This document shows, piece after piece, positions 17,420-26,026 of a stretch of 39,247 bases of DNA. The position numbers were made by a program, and so were the translations under genes. The stretch comes from a virus. Taxonomy: Duplodnaviria > Caudoviricetes. The stretch is from the IMG/VR virus record IMGVR_UViG_3300031565_000136, positions 1 through 39,247 of that record. The stretch is one strand, 5' to 3'. The stretch's first letter is position 1, and every line of letters starts with the position of its first letter. The notes below the pieces were generated by a model. That model saw nothing but the letters and a program-made list of their open reading frames with translations. It did no database searches and was not told the DNA's origin.

Positions 17420-17656
17420 ATGACACCACCAGACCAGGCCACCAACAATGGGCGCACAACCATAGCTATCTTGGGCGTCAAGCTCGACTATCTTATCGAC
17501 AAGGTGGACAAGATAGAGACGATGGTTGGTGACGACCATGCCGACCTGTCAGAAGTAAAGCAAACCATCCGTATCTTGAAATGGGGGGGCGGTGCTCTCG
17601 GCGCGATTACCTTGGCACTAGGCACCGCGTGGGCGAAGCAGGCGTTGGGCCTGTAG
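17420..17656 (+). CDS. coiled-coil protein with C-terminal TM (XhlA/holin-associated-like)
   Basis: KLDYLIDKVDKIE heptads then WGGGALGAITLALGTAW. Confidence 0.6.
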   Translation: MTPPDQATNNGRTTIAILGVKLDYLIDKVDKIETMVGDDHADLSEVKQTIRILKWGGGALGAITLALGTAWAKQALGL

Positions 17657-18523
17657 ATGGCACGTACACTAAGGCGAGAGTGGTACAACGTACCGCGAAA
17701 CGCGGATACGGTGTACCGCATCGTGCCCATCGGGGACGTCCATATCGGCACGGCAGCATGTGATGAGAAGCTGCTGCGCCAGGTCGTGGCCCGTATCGAG
17801 GCCGACCCGATGTGCTACTGGATCGGCATGGGAGATTACTGCGAGTTCGTTAACATTCACGACAAGCGTTTCGACCCGGGCGTCTTGGCGAAGTGGATTG
17901 GCGTGGCCGACCTCGTGGATCTGGCAGAGGCCCAGCGTGACCACTTCCTGTCCATCGTCAAGCCGATCGCGGGCAAATGCCTGGGGCTGGTCGCCGGCAA
18001 CCACGAGGGCACGATCCTTCGCAAGTTCGAGCGCGACATTTACCGCGAGATCGTGGTCACGATCAAGGGGTGGGGCGGCTTCCCGAATGACCACGACCTG
18101 GCCTTCGGGGTGTACGGCTGGCTGCAGTTGTGCTTCTGCTTTGGCCCTGACAAGCACGCCGGCTCAACGGTGATTAAGGGCAACGTCCACCACGGCTTCA
18201 CGGGTGGACGCCTCGGCGGGGCCAAGGCGCTGAACATGGAGCGGTGGTTGTGGACGCACGACGCCGACTTTGTGCTGTTCGGCCACAGCCATAACGCCGA
18301 CACCTACCGGCGTGCGGTGGAGTATGTGGATCGCTACGGGCACATTCGAACGCAGGAACGGCTCGGGGGCTACTGTGGCACCTTCATGCGCACTGTGAAC
18401 GACGGCGGACCGTCGACGTACACCGAGTGGGCGGGCTACCTGCCACAGCCGATTGGCGGTATTGAGCTGGAGCTGCGGCCCGGGTTGCAGAAGGGCCAGC
18501 AGATGGTGAAGATGACGCTGTGA
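17657..18523 (+). CDS. calcineurin-like metallophosphoesterase
   Basis: GDVHIG, MGD, GNHE, HHG, GHSH motifs. Confidence 0.9.
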   Translation: MARTLRREWYNVPRNADTVYRIVPIGDVHIGTAACDEKLLRQVVARIEADPMCYWIGMGDYCEFVNIHDKRFDPGVLAKWIGVADLVDLAEAQRDHFLSIVKPIAGKCLGLVAGNHEGTILRKFERDIYREIVVTIKGWGGFPNDHDLAFGVYGWLQLCFCFGPDKHAGSTVIKGNVHHGFTGGRLGGAKALNMERWLWTHDADFVLFGHSHNADTYRRAVEYVDRYGHIRTQERLGGYCGTFMRTVNDGGPSTYTEWAGYLPQPIGGIELELRPGLQKGQQMVKMTL

Positions 18524-18532
18524 GGAGGAGGA

Positions 18533-18781
18533 ATGTCGGACCTTAGTTCATATGACATCAGCCACGAATTGTGGCGTGAGTACGAATGGATTGATCCAGA
18601 TACGGACAACATACGTGTCTATCGCATTCCCAATCCGAAGACGCTCTATTTGCGTCCTGGCGGCTCAACCCATCGCGTACTAGACACGGATGGCGTTGCT
18701 CATTGCATTCCGAGTGTGGGCCGCTTTGGTTGTGTGATGCGCTGGAAGAATCCGCCCGAATGTGAGCCGGTGAAGTTCTGA
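18533..18781 (+). CDS. hypothetical protein
   Basis: GAGGAGGAGG RBS; DISHELWREY...YRI..P...THRVLD..G..HCIP. Confidence 0.75.
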   Translation: MSDLSSYDISHELWREYEWIDPDTDNIRVYRIPNPKTLYLRPGGSTHRVLDTDGVAHCIPSVGRFGCVMRWKNPPECEPVKF

Positions 18782-18893
18782 GTTCTATAATCAAGGGGGT
18801 CTGAGACGGATGTCGCCCGGCAGGGTAGGAGGGCGGGGCAGGCGAGCATTGCGACTGCGCGTGGGCCGGGCGCCATCCGTTATGGAGGGTGAG

Positions 18894-19220
18894 ATGATTG
18901 CAGCATTCTTGTGTGGGCTGATGTACGGTGCGCTGGCCTATCGTGCGTGGTGGGTCAAGCCGCGCGAACTGAGGGCTGAGCTTGAGGCGTGGGACAGCCT
19001 GAGTGATGAGGCGCTGGCCAGCTTTGAGTGGTGTTGTGCGCCCTGTAATAGCGGCACAATGTCGGTCGGTGTACCCCAAGACAACGGGACCATATTCGGG
19101 CACACAGAAGTATTCGGGCACACAGAGGTATTCGGTCCCGAGGAAGACCCTGCGCACTATGGCAAGGGCTGGGGCCCAGACCCGTATATCACGCGGTACG
19201 GAATGCCGTGGAGACGGTAG
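18894..19220 (+). CDS. hypothetical protein with N-terminal TM and short tandem repeat
   Basis: GGAGG RBS; MIAAFLCGLMYGALAY; FGHTEV repeats. Confidence 0.55.
   Translation: MIAAFLCGLMYGALAYRAWWVKPRELRAELEAWDSLSDEALASFEWCCAPCNSGTMSVGVPQDNGTIFGHTEVFGHTEVFGPEEDPAHYGKGWGPDPYITRYGMPWRR
19093..19135 (+). repeat. 18-bp tandem repeat x2.4
   Basis: TATTCGGGCACACAGAAG TATTCGGGCACACAGAGG TATTCGG. Confidence 0.9.
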
Positions 19221-19304
19221 GCGTCATCATCTCTCCTCCTTTTTGATGCGTGCGGGGCGGGGACGGGTGGGCTCCTGAACCGCCCCCACGCAGAGGGGTG
19301 ATGA

Positions 19305-19523
19305 ATGAAGAGATGCTCAACCTGTCGGTCTGAAGTATGCGACTTCTGCATTCATTACGCCTACAACGGCGGTGATGGAGCGGAGATTCCAGCAGAGGTG
19401 TTCGTGGGCGATGGATTCTGCAAGATAGACGGCACGAACCGCTGGCCTGAGGACGGGGACGGGTGTGACAACTTCGTGTGTCACAACTGGGCGGGAGAGA
19501 GAGAAGCCCTGATAGCAGGATAG
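19305..19523 (+). CDS. small Cys-rich protein
   Basis: CSTC...CDFC...C...CDNFVC. Confidence 0.6.
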   Translation: MKRCSTCRSEVCDFCIHYAYNGGDGAEIPAEVFVGDGFCKIDGTNRWPEDGDGCDNFVCHNWAGEREALIAG

Positions 19524-19528
19524 GATCA

Positions 19529-19948
19529 GTGACTCCAAGGAAGGACAACGGACAATTCGCCAAGGGACACTCGGGCAACCCGAACGGTCGTCCCAAGCGC
19601 AGCACGGAAGAGAAGTATCTTGCCGCGCTCTCTCGCCACGTCACGCTGAAGGACTGGGCCACCATCGTCAACACGGCAGTGGCCCGCGCCAAGGCCGGCG
19701 ACTCTACCGCCCGGCAGTGGCTGAGCGACTACCTGATGGGGAAGCCGGTGCAGCGCAGCGAGATCAGCGGCCCAGGTGGGAAGGCAATAGAAGTTGACGA
19801 CACTCGAGCTGAGTACCATAGTCGAGCCCTGGACACACTCGCTCAAGCCCTCGGAGGTCTCCTGGCTGAGCGAAGTGATGGACAGCGAGGCCCTGTGGAT
19901 GCCACAGAGCACACCGCAGTGGATGGCAGCGCTGAGTCAGGCGGATGA
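19529..19948 (+). CDS. terS: terminase small subunit (DUF5681-type)
   Basis: GQFAKGHSGNPNGRPK; AKAGD..ARQWLSDYLMGKPVQ; EISGPGGKAI; precedes TerL. Confidence 0.8.
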   Translation: MTPRKDNGQFAKGHSGNPNGRPKRSTEEKYLAALSRHVTLKDWATIVNTAVARAKAGDSTARQWLSDYLMGKPVQRSEISGPGGKAIEVDDTRAEYHSRALDTLAQALGGLLAERSDGQRGPVDATEHTAVDGSAESGG

Positions 19949-21314
19949 GGTCTACTATGGCGGGGCAGCGGGGGGAGGCAAGAGTGACCTGCTGCTCGGC
20001 CTGGCCGCTACAGCGCACCGGCATTCCATCATCTTCCGGCGCGAACTGACCCAGCTATCAGGGCCGGCGGGCTTGATCGAGCGAAGTCGGGAGATCATCG
20101 GCACGAAGGGGCGGTACAACGGGATCGAGCATGCATGGCGTGACCTGCCTGGCAAGCGGGCGCTGGAGTTCGGGGCCTGTCAGTATGACCGGGACAAGCA
20201 CAAGTACCAAGGGAGGCCACACGACTTTATCGGCTTTGACGAGCTGCCCGAGTTCTTGGAGTCGCAGTACCGTTTCCTGATTGGGTGGCTGCGAACGGTT
20301 GACGAGGATCAGCGGTGCCGGGTCATCTGTGCAGGCAACCCGCCGATGCACGCGGATGGGCAGTGGGTGATTGAGTATTGGGCGCCGTGGCTGAGCGAGC
20401 ACCATCCCAACCCGGCGCAACCGGGGGAGCTGCGGTGGTTCGCCATCGTGGACAGCAAGAACATCGAGGTCGAAGGGCCAGAACCATTCGAGCACAACGG
20501 GCAGGCAATCACGCCGAGGTCGCGCACCTTCATTCCGGCAAAGCTGGGTGACAACCCGTACCTGAGCGAGACGGAATACGGCACAGTCCTGAACAACCTA
20601 CCGGAGCCGCTACGAACGCAGCTTCTCTATGGCGACTTTACCATCGGCGTGCAGGATGACCCGTGGCAGGTGATACCGACCGAGTGGGTACGGCAGGCAC
20701 AGCGGCGCGGGAAGCAAACAGAGCAACCGGACACGCCGCTGTCAGCAGTCGGCGTGGATGTGGCAAGGGGCGGTGATGACCAGACGGCCATTGCCAAGCG
20801 ATATGATACCTGGTTCGCGCCACTGATCAAGGTCGATGGCCGGCAGACACCGGACGGGGAATCAGTCAAGATGCAGGTTCTTGTGGCCCTTGGGGGTGAG
20901 TGGCAGGCAATGATCAACGTTGACGTGATCGGAGTGGGATCTTCGGCCTATGACTCGCTGGCCTACTATGAGTCGGAAGATGGGGAGCATCTCAACGTCG
21001 TGGGCGTGAACTTTGCGGCAGCAACGCATACGCGCGACCGATCGGGGATGCTGTCCATGCGCAACGTGCGCGCTGAGGCGTACTGGGGGCTGCGCGAGGC
21101 GTTGGACCCGGTGAAGGGCGACAACCTGGTGCTTCCCGACGATCCTGAGTTATTGGCCGATCTGGTGGCCCCACATTGGAAGCTGAGCGCGAGCGGCATT
21201 CAGATCGAAAGCAAAGACGAAATCAAGGCACGCCTGGGCCGCTCGCCTGACTGTGGCGATGCTGTGGTTCTGGCTCACTATGGCTCATACGGCGCTTGGA
21301 TGACACTCTTATGA
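19794..21314 (+). CDS. terL: terminase large subunit (start uncertain: 19794, 19877 or 19898)
   Basis: YGGAAGGGKS Walker A, FDELPEF Walker B, AGNP, DNPYL, GVDVARGGDD, RSPDCGDA. Confidence 0.95.
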   Translation: MTTLELSTIVEPWTHSLKPSEVSWLSEVMDSEALWMPQSTPQWMAALSQADEVYYGGAAGGGKSDLLLGLAATAHRHSIIFRRELTQLSGPAGLIERSREIIGTKGRYNGIEHAWRDLPGKRALEFGACQYDRDKHKYQGRPHDFIGFDELPEFLESQYRFLIGWLRTVDEDQRCRVICAGNPPMHADGQWVIEYWAPWLSEHHPNPAQPGELRWFAIVDSKNIEVEGPEPFEHNGQAITPRSRTFIPAKLGDNPYLSETEYGTVLNNLPEPLRTQLLYGDFTIGVQDDPWQVIPTEWVRQAQRRGKQTEQPDTPLSAVGVDVARGGDDQTAIAKRYDTWFAPLIKVDGRQTPDGESVKMQVLVALGGEWQAMINVDVIGVGSSAYDSLAYYESEDGEHLNVVGVNFAAATHTRDRSGMLSMRNVRAEAYWGLREALDPVKGDNLVLPDDPELLADLVAPHWKLSASGIQIESKDEIKARLGRSPDCGDAVVLAHYGSYGAWMTLL

Positions 21315-22645
21315 GACAGACGTACAAAGCGGCAATCACGGGTGGGGTGTACGGGGCCAAGGCACTGACGCTCGGCGACATGGACGAGTTCATGGACTGG
21401 GCCATCGACGCGGGCGACGGGACCAAGCCGCAAGACTTGTACGCCGCTGTCGCCTGGACGTTCTGGTGCGTGAACCTGCGCGCCAACAACATCAGCCAAA
21501 TCCCCTATGGCGTGTACAGCTTGGCCCTGCCCGAAGGCGACGAGGACGAGGACAATGAAGAGGAGTGGCCGCTCGACCTGGCGCCGCTGCTCTGGGATGT
21601 AGAGGCGTGGCTGTCGCTCAAGGCAGCGGCGTATGTGCTCAAGCGGCTCGGGCGTCGATCGCAGCAGTTGGCGAAGCTGCAGGTGCTCAACGCCAACACG
21701 ATGCGGGTGCTCAAGTATGACGACGACGGACCGACCGTCTTCCGGCAGAAGGTGGGTGCTAGGCAGAGGGACTACCCCGCCGAGCAGATCGTGTACTTCC
21801 GCGCGTTCAGCCCGACCACCGACATTGGCCCCGGCATCGGCGCGGGCGAAGTGGGGCAGGTGGCGGCGACTCTGATCAAGAACGCCAATGCGTGGGCGGC
21901 TGCATTCTTTGAGAACGGGGCCATACCGGCGGTATTCCTGACCACAGAGGGCTCGGTCCCGCCAGTCGAAAAGGAGCGCATCCAGTCGCGATGGGAAAAG
22001 ATCCTCAAGGGCGTGGGACGGGCCTTCAAGACGACGGTGCTCGAACGCGGTCTGGTGCCCACCGTCATCGGCCAGCCAGTCAAAGACCTGGCCATGCCAC
22101 AACTGGAGAGCACCAAGCGCGAACAGATCCTGGCCGCGCACAACATTCCGCCTGGATTGGCCGAAGCCAAGACGAACAGGGCCGAACGGGATGCCTTGCA
22201 GTATGAGCTGTGGACGCAATCGCTTATCCCTTGGGTTCGCACGCGCATACAGCCGGTGCTCAACGACCAGTTGTTCAACGAGCTGGGCCTGCGGGTGCTG
22301 TTCAAGACCAACGAGATTGAGGTGGTCCAGAAAGAGGAGATCGCCAAGGCTGAGAGTATGGCCTTTACCATCAATGGGGTGGCATTGCCCGCCTACACGG
22401 CGAACGTGATGTCAGTCGATGAAGTCCGCTCGTGGATCGATAGCGTGGGCCAGGCCGCCAACCTACCATCGCTGGATAAGAAGTTCGAGCCAGAGGAGCG
22501 CCTTGCCCCGCAGCCGTTCGGTGGGCCGCAACCGCAAGAGGGACCAGGGACACAGCAGCCAGCAGGCGAGCGAGTGGATGCACGTACCCGCCCAAAAGCA
22601 GTGGCCCCGGAATGGGGCCACCACCGGATCTCTTCGCCGAGCTGA
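21311..22645 (+). CDS. portal protein (HK97-like)
   Basis: Follows TerL; CVNLRANNISQIP, FFENGAIP, QILAAHNIPP, MSVDEVR. Confidence 0.9.
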   Translation: MRQTYKAAITGGVYGAKALTLGDMDEFMDWAIDAGDGTKPQDLYAAVAWTFWCVNLRANNISQIPYGVYSLALPEGDEDEDNEEEWPLDLAPLLWDVEAWLSLKAAAYVLKRLGRRSQQLAKLQVLNANTMRVLKYDDDGPTVFRQKVGARQRDYPAEQIVYFRAFSPTTDIGPGIGAGEVGQVAATLIKNANAWAAAFFENGAIPAVFLTTEGSVPPVEKERIQSRWEKILKGVGRAFKTTVLERGLVPTVIGQPVKDLAMPQLESTKREQILAAHNIPPGLAEAKTNRAERDALQYELWTQSLIPWVRTRIQPVLNDQLFNELGLRVLFKTNEIEVVQKEEIAKAESMAFTINGVALPAYTANVMSVDEVRSWIDSVGQAANLPSLDKKFEPEERLAPQPFGGPQPQEGPGTQQPAGERVDARTRPKAVAPEWGHHRISSPS

Positions 22646-23532
22646 GCCGGTGGAAGGCAAAGGCCATCCAGCGCGGCAAGGTAACGCACTTTAACAGCGA
22701 CATCATTCCGGACTGGCTCAACGCCGAGGTCGTGGCAGCACAGGAGGCTGTGGGCGTCGAAGGCGCATTCTCGTTCCTCAAGCAGACGCCGCTCGACGTG
22801 CGAATGGCAGCGGAGCGGCGCATCAAGCGCAAGGTGCAGGCCATTCTAAAGGAGCGCCAGGCGCAGGCAGCGCGGGCGATCGAACAGGGCGAGCAGTTCG
22901 ATTACGAGGGGTTGGCTGAGGAGCTGCGCGCCGCTGTGCAGCCCGAGCTATCGGCGCTGATGGTGGACAACGCCCTGCGGCTGAGCGTCGAGGTGGGGAT
23001 AGGCTTCGACCCGGCGATCATCAACACCGAGGCGCTGCGCTGGGCGAGAGAGTACAGCTACAAGCTGGTGACGGGGCTGACCGACACGACGCGCGAAGTC
23101 ATTAGCGAGGCAATGCAAGCCTTCGTGCAGACGCCGGGGATGACCATAGGGGACATCGAATCGCTGATCGAGCCCGCCTTTGGCCCGGTGCGCGCGGAGA
23201 TGATTGCGGTCACTGAGACGACACGGGCCTACTCGGAAGCGACCAATAAGATGCAGGGGCTGTTGCAGCGAGAGACGCCAGAACTGGCCATAACGCGGGT
23301 CTGGAACACGATGAACGATGAGCTGGTGTGCGCCATCTGCGGGCCAGCAGAGGGTGCGTTTGAGAATGAATGGACACGGTTGAGCCTACCGATGGACGGT
23401 CCGCCGGCGCACGTCAACTGTCGGTGCGAATCGAGCATCTCATTCCTGACGCCCGAGCAGCTCGAGGCCGAGTTCGCCGAGCGCCAGGCTGAGCGCGAGG
23501 CGTGGCTGAGGGAGCAGGGATTGATTCAGTGA
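22612..23532 (+). CDS. head morphogenesis protein (Mu gpF / SPP1 gp7 family)
   Basis: RAEMIAVTETTRA, WNTMNDELVCAIC, PPAHVNCRC. Confidence 0.9.
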   Translation: MGPPPDLFAELSRWKAKAIQRGKVTHFNSDIIPDWLNAEVVAAQEAVGVEGAFSFLKQTPLDVRMAAERRIKRKVQAILKERQAQAARAIEQGEQFDYEGLAEELRAAVQPELSALMVDNALRLSVEVGIGFDPAIINTEALRWAREYSYKLVTGLTDTTREVISEAMQAFVQTPGMTIGDIESLIEPAFGPVRAEMIAVTETTRAYSEATNKMQGLLQRETPELAITRVWNTMNDELVCAICGPAEGAFENEWTRLSLPMDGPPAHVNCRCESSISFLTPEQLEAEFAERQAEREAWLREQGLIQ

Positions 23533-23562
23533 GTGAGAGGCAACCCCGAGAGGAGTGCTGAG

Positions 23563-23970
23563 ATGGACGTGTGGATTGTGGAGAATGGGCAACTCGTTCT
23601 TTACAAGCGCAGCGGGGAGTGCAACCAGTGCGGGGAGTGCTGTTGCACCCATACTATAGAGTACCAGATGTCGGCGTCCTTTAAGAGTCAGAGGCCATCG
23701 GCAGATGAGGTGGAAGATGGTGATTGGTCGAACAGTGAGGGATGGTCGGCGCTGCAAGCGCAGGGCATTTGGTGGTGGCTCAAGGTCACAGAGATTGCCG
23801 ATGAGCCGCGCCCCTGTCCCGCCTATGATTCAGAGACGCACCTATGCACGATCTGGCAGAACATGGAAACGTTCCGGCCCATTTGCCGATACTGGCCCTT
23901 CAACCCGAAGGACATCGCAAAGTATGAGCATTGCAGCTTCGAGTTTGAGCGGATAGAGGACAATGCCTGA
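23563..23970 (+). CDS. YkgJ-like (CxxCxxCC) metal-cluster protein
   Basis: CNQCGECC...CPAYD...CTIW...PICRYWP; AGGAG RBS. Confidence 0.8.
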   Translation: MDVWIVENGQLVLYKRSGECNQCGECCCTHTIEYQMSASFKSQRPSADEVEDGDWSNSEGWSALQAQGIWWWLKVTEIADEPRPCPAYDSETHLCTIWQNMETFRPICRYWPFNPKDIAKYEHCSFEFERIEDNA

Positions 23971-24460
23971 CGACATCGACATCAGCGGCCTGGACAAGCT
24001 ACAGCGGGCCATCAACGAGCTGCACGGCCCTGCGCTGCTGCGCTTCAAGGGGCGGGCGACCTACTTTGTCGCCGTCGCGCTCAAGGACATGTTCAAGCGC
24101 AGGCCTGCCGGGTCACACTCGCCCGTCAAGTGGGCCAGTCGCAAGCAGCAGGCATTCTACCACTGGATGCGGCGCAAGGCCGGCCTGCCGCTCAAGTACA
24201 CGCGGGGTAGCGACCCGATGAGCCAGCGCTCGGGCGCAAGCTGGGCCATCTCGCGCCAGGCGGAGAGCGCCACGCTGGGCAACCGGGCGACCTATTCGCC
24301 CTACGTGGTGAGCAGCCAGTACCAGACCGAACAGCACAAGGCGACGGGATGGCAGACGGACCAACAGATTGCAGATAGGGCGCTGAGCGATGGCACGGTG
24401 AAGCGCATCGTGGACGCCAACATTGCCACCATCGTGCGTGAGGCGTTCAGGGGGTTGTGA
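23963..24460 (+). CDS. putative virion morphogenesis protein (HK97 gp10-like)
   Basis: IDISGLDKL, LGNRATYSPYV...Q...H...GW; basic protein. Confidence 0.6.
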   Translation: MPDDIDISGLDKLQRAINELHGPALLRFKGRATYFVAVALKDMFKRRPAGSHSPVKWASRKQQAFYHWMRRKAGLPLKYTRGSDPMSQRSGASWAISRQAESATLGNRATYSPYVVSSQYQTEQHKATGWQTDQQIADRALSDGTVKRIVDANIATIVREAFRGL

Positions 24461-25116
24461 TGACACTCGAACCTATGTACTGGACCGATACCATGATCGA
24501 GGACACCACCTTTGTCCCTTGCGGGCCGCTGCTTGAGGGCGAAGACATGGCCGCACGACTTGAGAAGACGCGCCAGTGGTGGGCCGAGTTGTTGGATACG
24601 CCCCTGGATGAGCGGCTGACGTGGCCGCTCAAAGTTGCGGCACCCCACCTTATGACCATCGAGCAGCTTCGTGTCGAATGCTGGCAGCATCGTCTTGCGG
24701 ATTATGACCGGCCTACCGGCTGGATGGACGGCTGACATGGACCGCGAGTTCTGGCTACAGTTTCGCCAAGCGCTGCTGATGATGGTGGACATCATCGAAC
24801 GGTTCAAGCTGCCGGAGCTGCCGAGAACGAGCGAGCTGAGGAAAGAGGCGAAGAGGCAACCCTAGAGAGGAGTGCTGAGATGGAAGTACCAGAAGCAAGG
24901 TGGATTGACCCGGAGGAGGCGCTACCGCCAGTCGGGCAGTTGGTCTGGGTGCGTACTGAATGCGCGTGGGGCCTGATAGGCACGAAGGAAGCTTTGCTAC
25001 AATATGACGGCGAAGAGAATGCATACCGCTGGAAAGAGGCTATAGGGCCTGTCAAGAGCAGAGTGACCGGCTGGTGGCCCTTGCCTGAAGCAGTGCAATG
25101 TAAGACAGAGGGCTAA
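24457..25116 (+). other. three small hypothetical ORFs (24457-24735, 24737-24865, 24880-25116)
   Basis: ORF track; last resembles DUF551 (WI....LP...V...VTGWWPLPE). Confidence 0.6.
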
Positions 25117-25146
25117 CAACAACCTAACTGGCAGTCTACACTGTAG

Positions 25147-25204
25147 AACGCCGCTTACGCCGGGGAATGGCAACATCCCCAGGCATAGGCGGCGTTTGCG
25201 TTTT
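25147..25204 (+). promoter_or_regulatory. long stem-loop (GCAA tetraloop) with U-rich tail in capsid operon leader; attenuator/terminator-like
   Basis: AACGCCGCTTA (25147-57) pairs TAGGCGGCGTT (25186-96), inner GCC/GGGG/ATG pairs, then TGCGTTTT. Confidence 0.65.
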
Positions 25205-25215
25205 GGGAGGGCAAC

Positions 25216-26025
25216 ATGCCAAACCCTAGCGACTATGATGACAAGGACAAGTGGATGGCAGCCTGCGTGCCCGTTCGCAAGGAAGAGGGCGACAAACAGG
25301 ATGAGGCAGTCGCCACATGCCTGTCCACCTGGCGCAAGCACGCCGGGGAGCCAGAGTCGAAGGCGGCGAACGCCCTCAAGGCCATCTCGCGCACTGATGA
25401 CGAGCTGCGCGTGGGCAACTACATCGTCCTATTCGGCGGGCGCGACCTGGAGGGCATCGCCAGCGAGAACAAGAACCAAGACGGCTCGCTTGGCGAGTTC
25501 TTCACGGCAGAGACAGACCTGGAGAGCGCTTACACCAAGGCCGGCATGCTGTATGAGGATTGGGAGCATGGGCAGGGCGAGCTAGGCGATGAACTGCTTG
25601 GCGTTGTGGACTGGAAGACGGCCCGCGTAGATGACAAGGGCGTCTTTGTCGAGCGGGTGCTCAACAGGCGCAATCAATATGTCCAATGGCTGGAGGAGTT
25701 GGGCTGGTTTGATGACGGCACGCTTGGCACCAGCTCACACGCGGACCCCAAGGGTGTAGTAAAGCGGGCAGATGGCGAGATCATGCGGTGGCCCTTGTTC
25801 CGTGACACGATCACGGTTCAGCCGATGGAGCCACGAAATCTAACCGAGAACCATATACGAGCGTTCAAGGCGCTGGGCATTCCCATGCCCGCGCAGGACG
25901 ATACAGCAAACGACTCGATACCTCCAGAGGCAGAGCCAGAGGCCGACACGTCGGCGGCGTCTGCGGCAGGCAAGGGACGGATGCGCATGCAACTTCTCAA
26001 AAACAGACTGACTATGGAGGCATGA
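25216..26025 (+). CDS. prohead protease / maturation protein
   Basis: Immediately before capsid; LRVGNYIVLFGGRDL..GEFFT, WEHG, LGTSS, TITVQPMEPR. Confidence 0.75.
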   Translation: MPNPSDYDDKDKWMAACVPVRKEEGDKQDEAVATCLSTWRKHAGEPESKAANALKAISRTDDELRVGNYIVLFGGRDLEGIASENKNQDGSLGEFFTAETDLESAYTKAGMLYEDWEHGQGELGDELLGVVDWKTARVDDKGVFVERVLNRRNQYVQWLEELGWFDDGTLGTSSHADPKGVVKRADGEIMRWPLFRDTITVQPMEPRNLTENHIRAFKALGIPMPAQDDTANDSIPPEAEPEADTSAASAAGKGRMRMQLLKNRLTMEA

Positions 26026-26026
26026 C

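Noticed and set aside
19093-19135. Possible mini-CRISPR array
   Set aside because: Head-to-tail in-frame 18-bp tandem with no unique spacers
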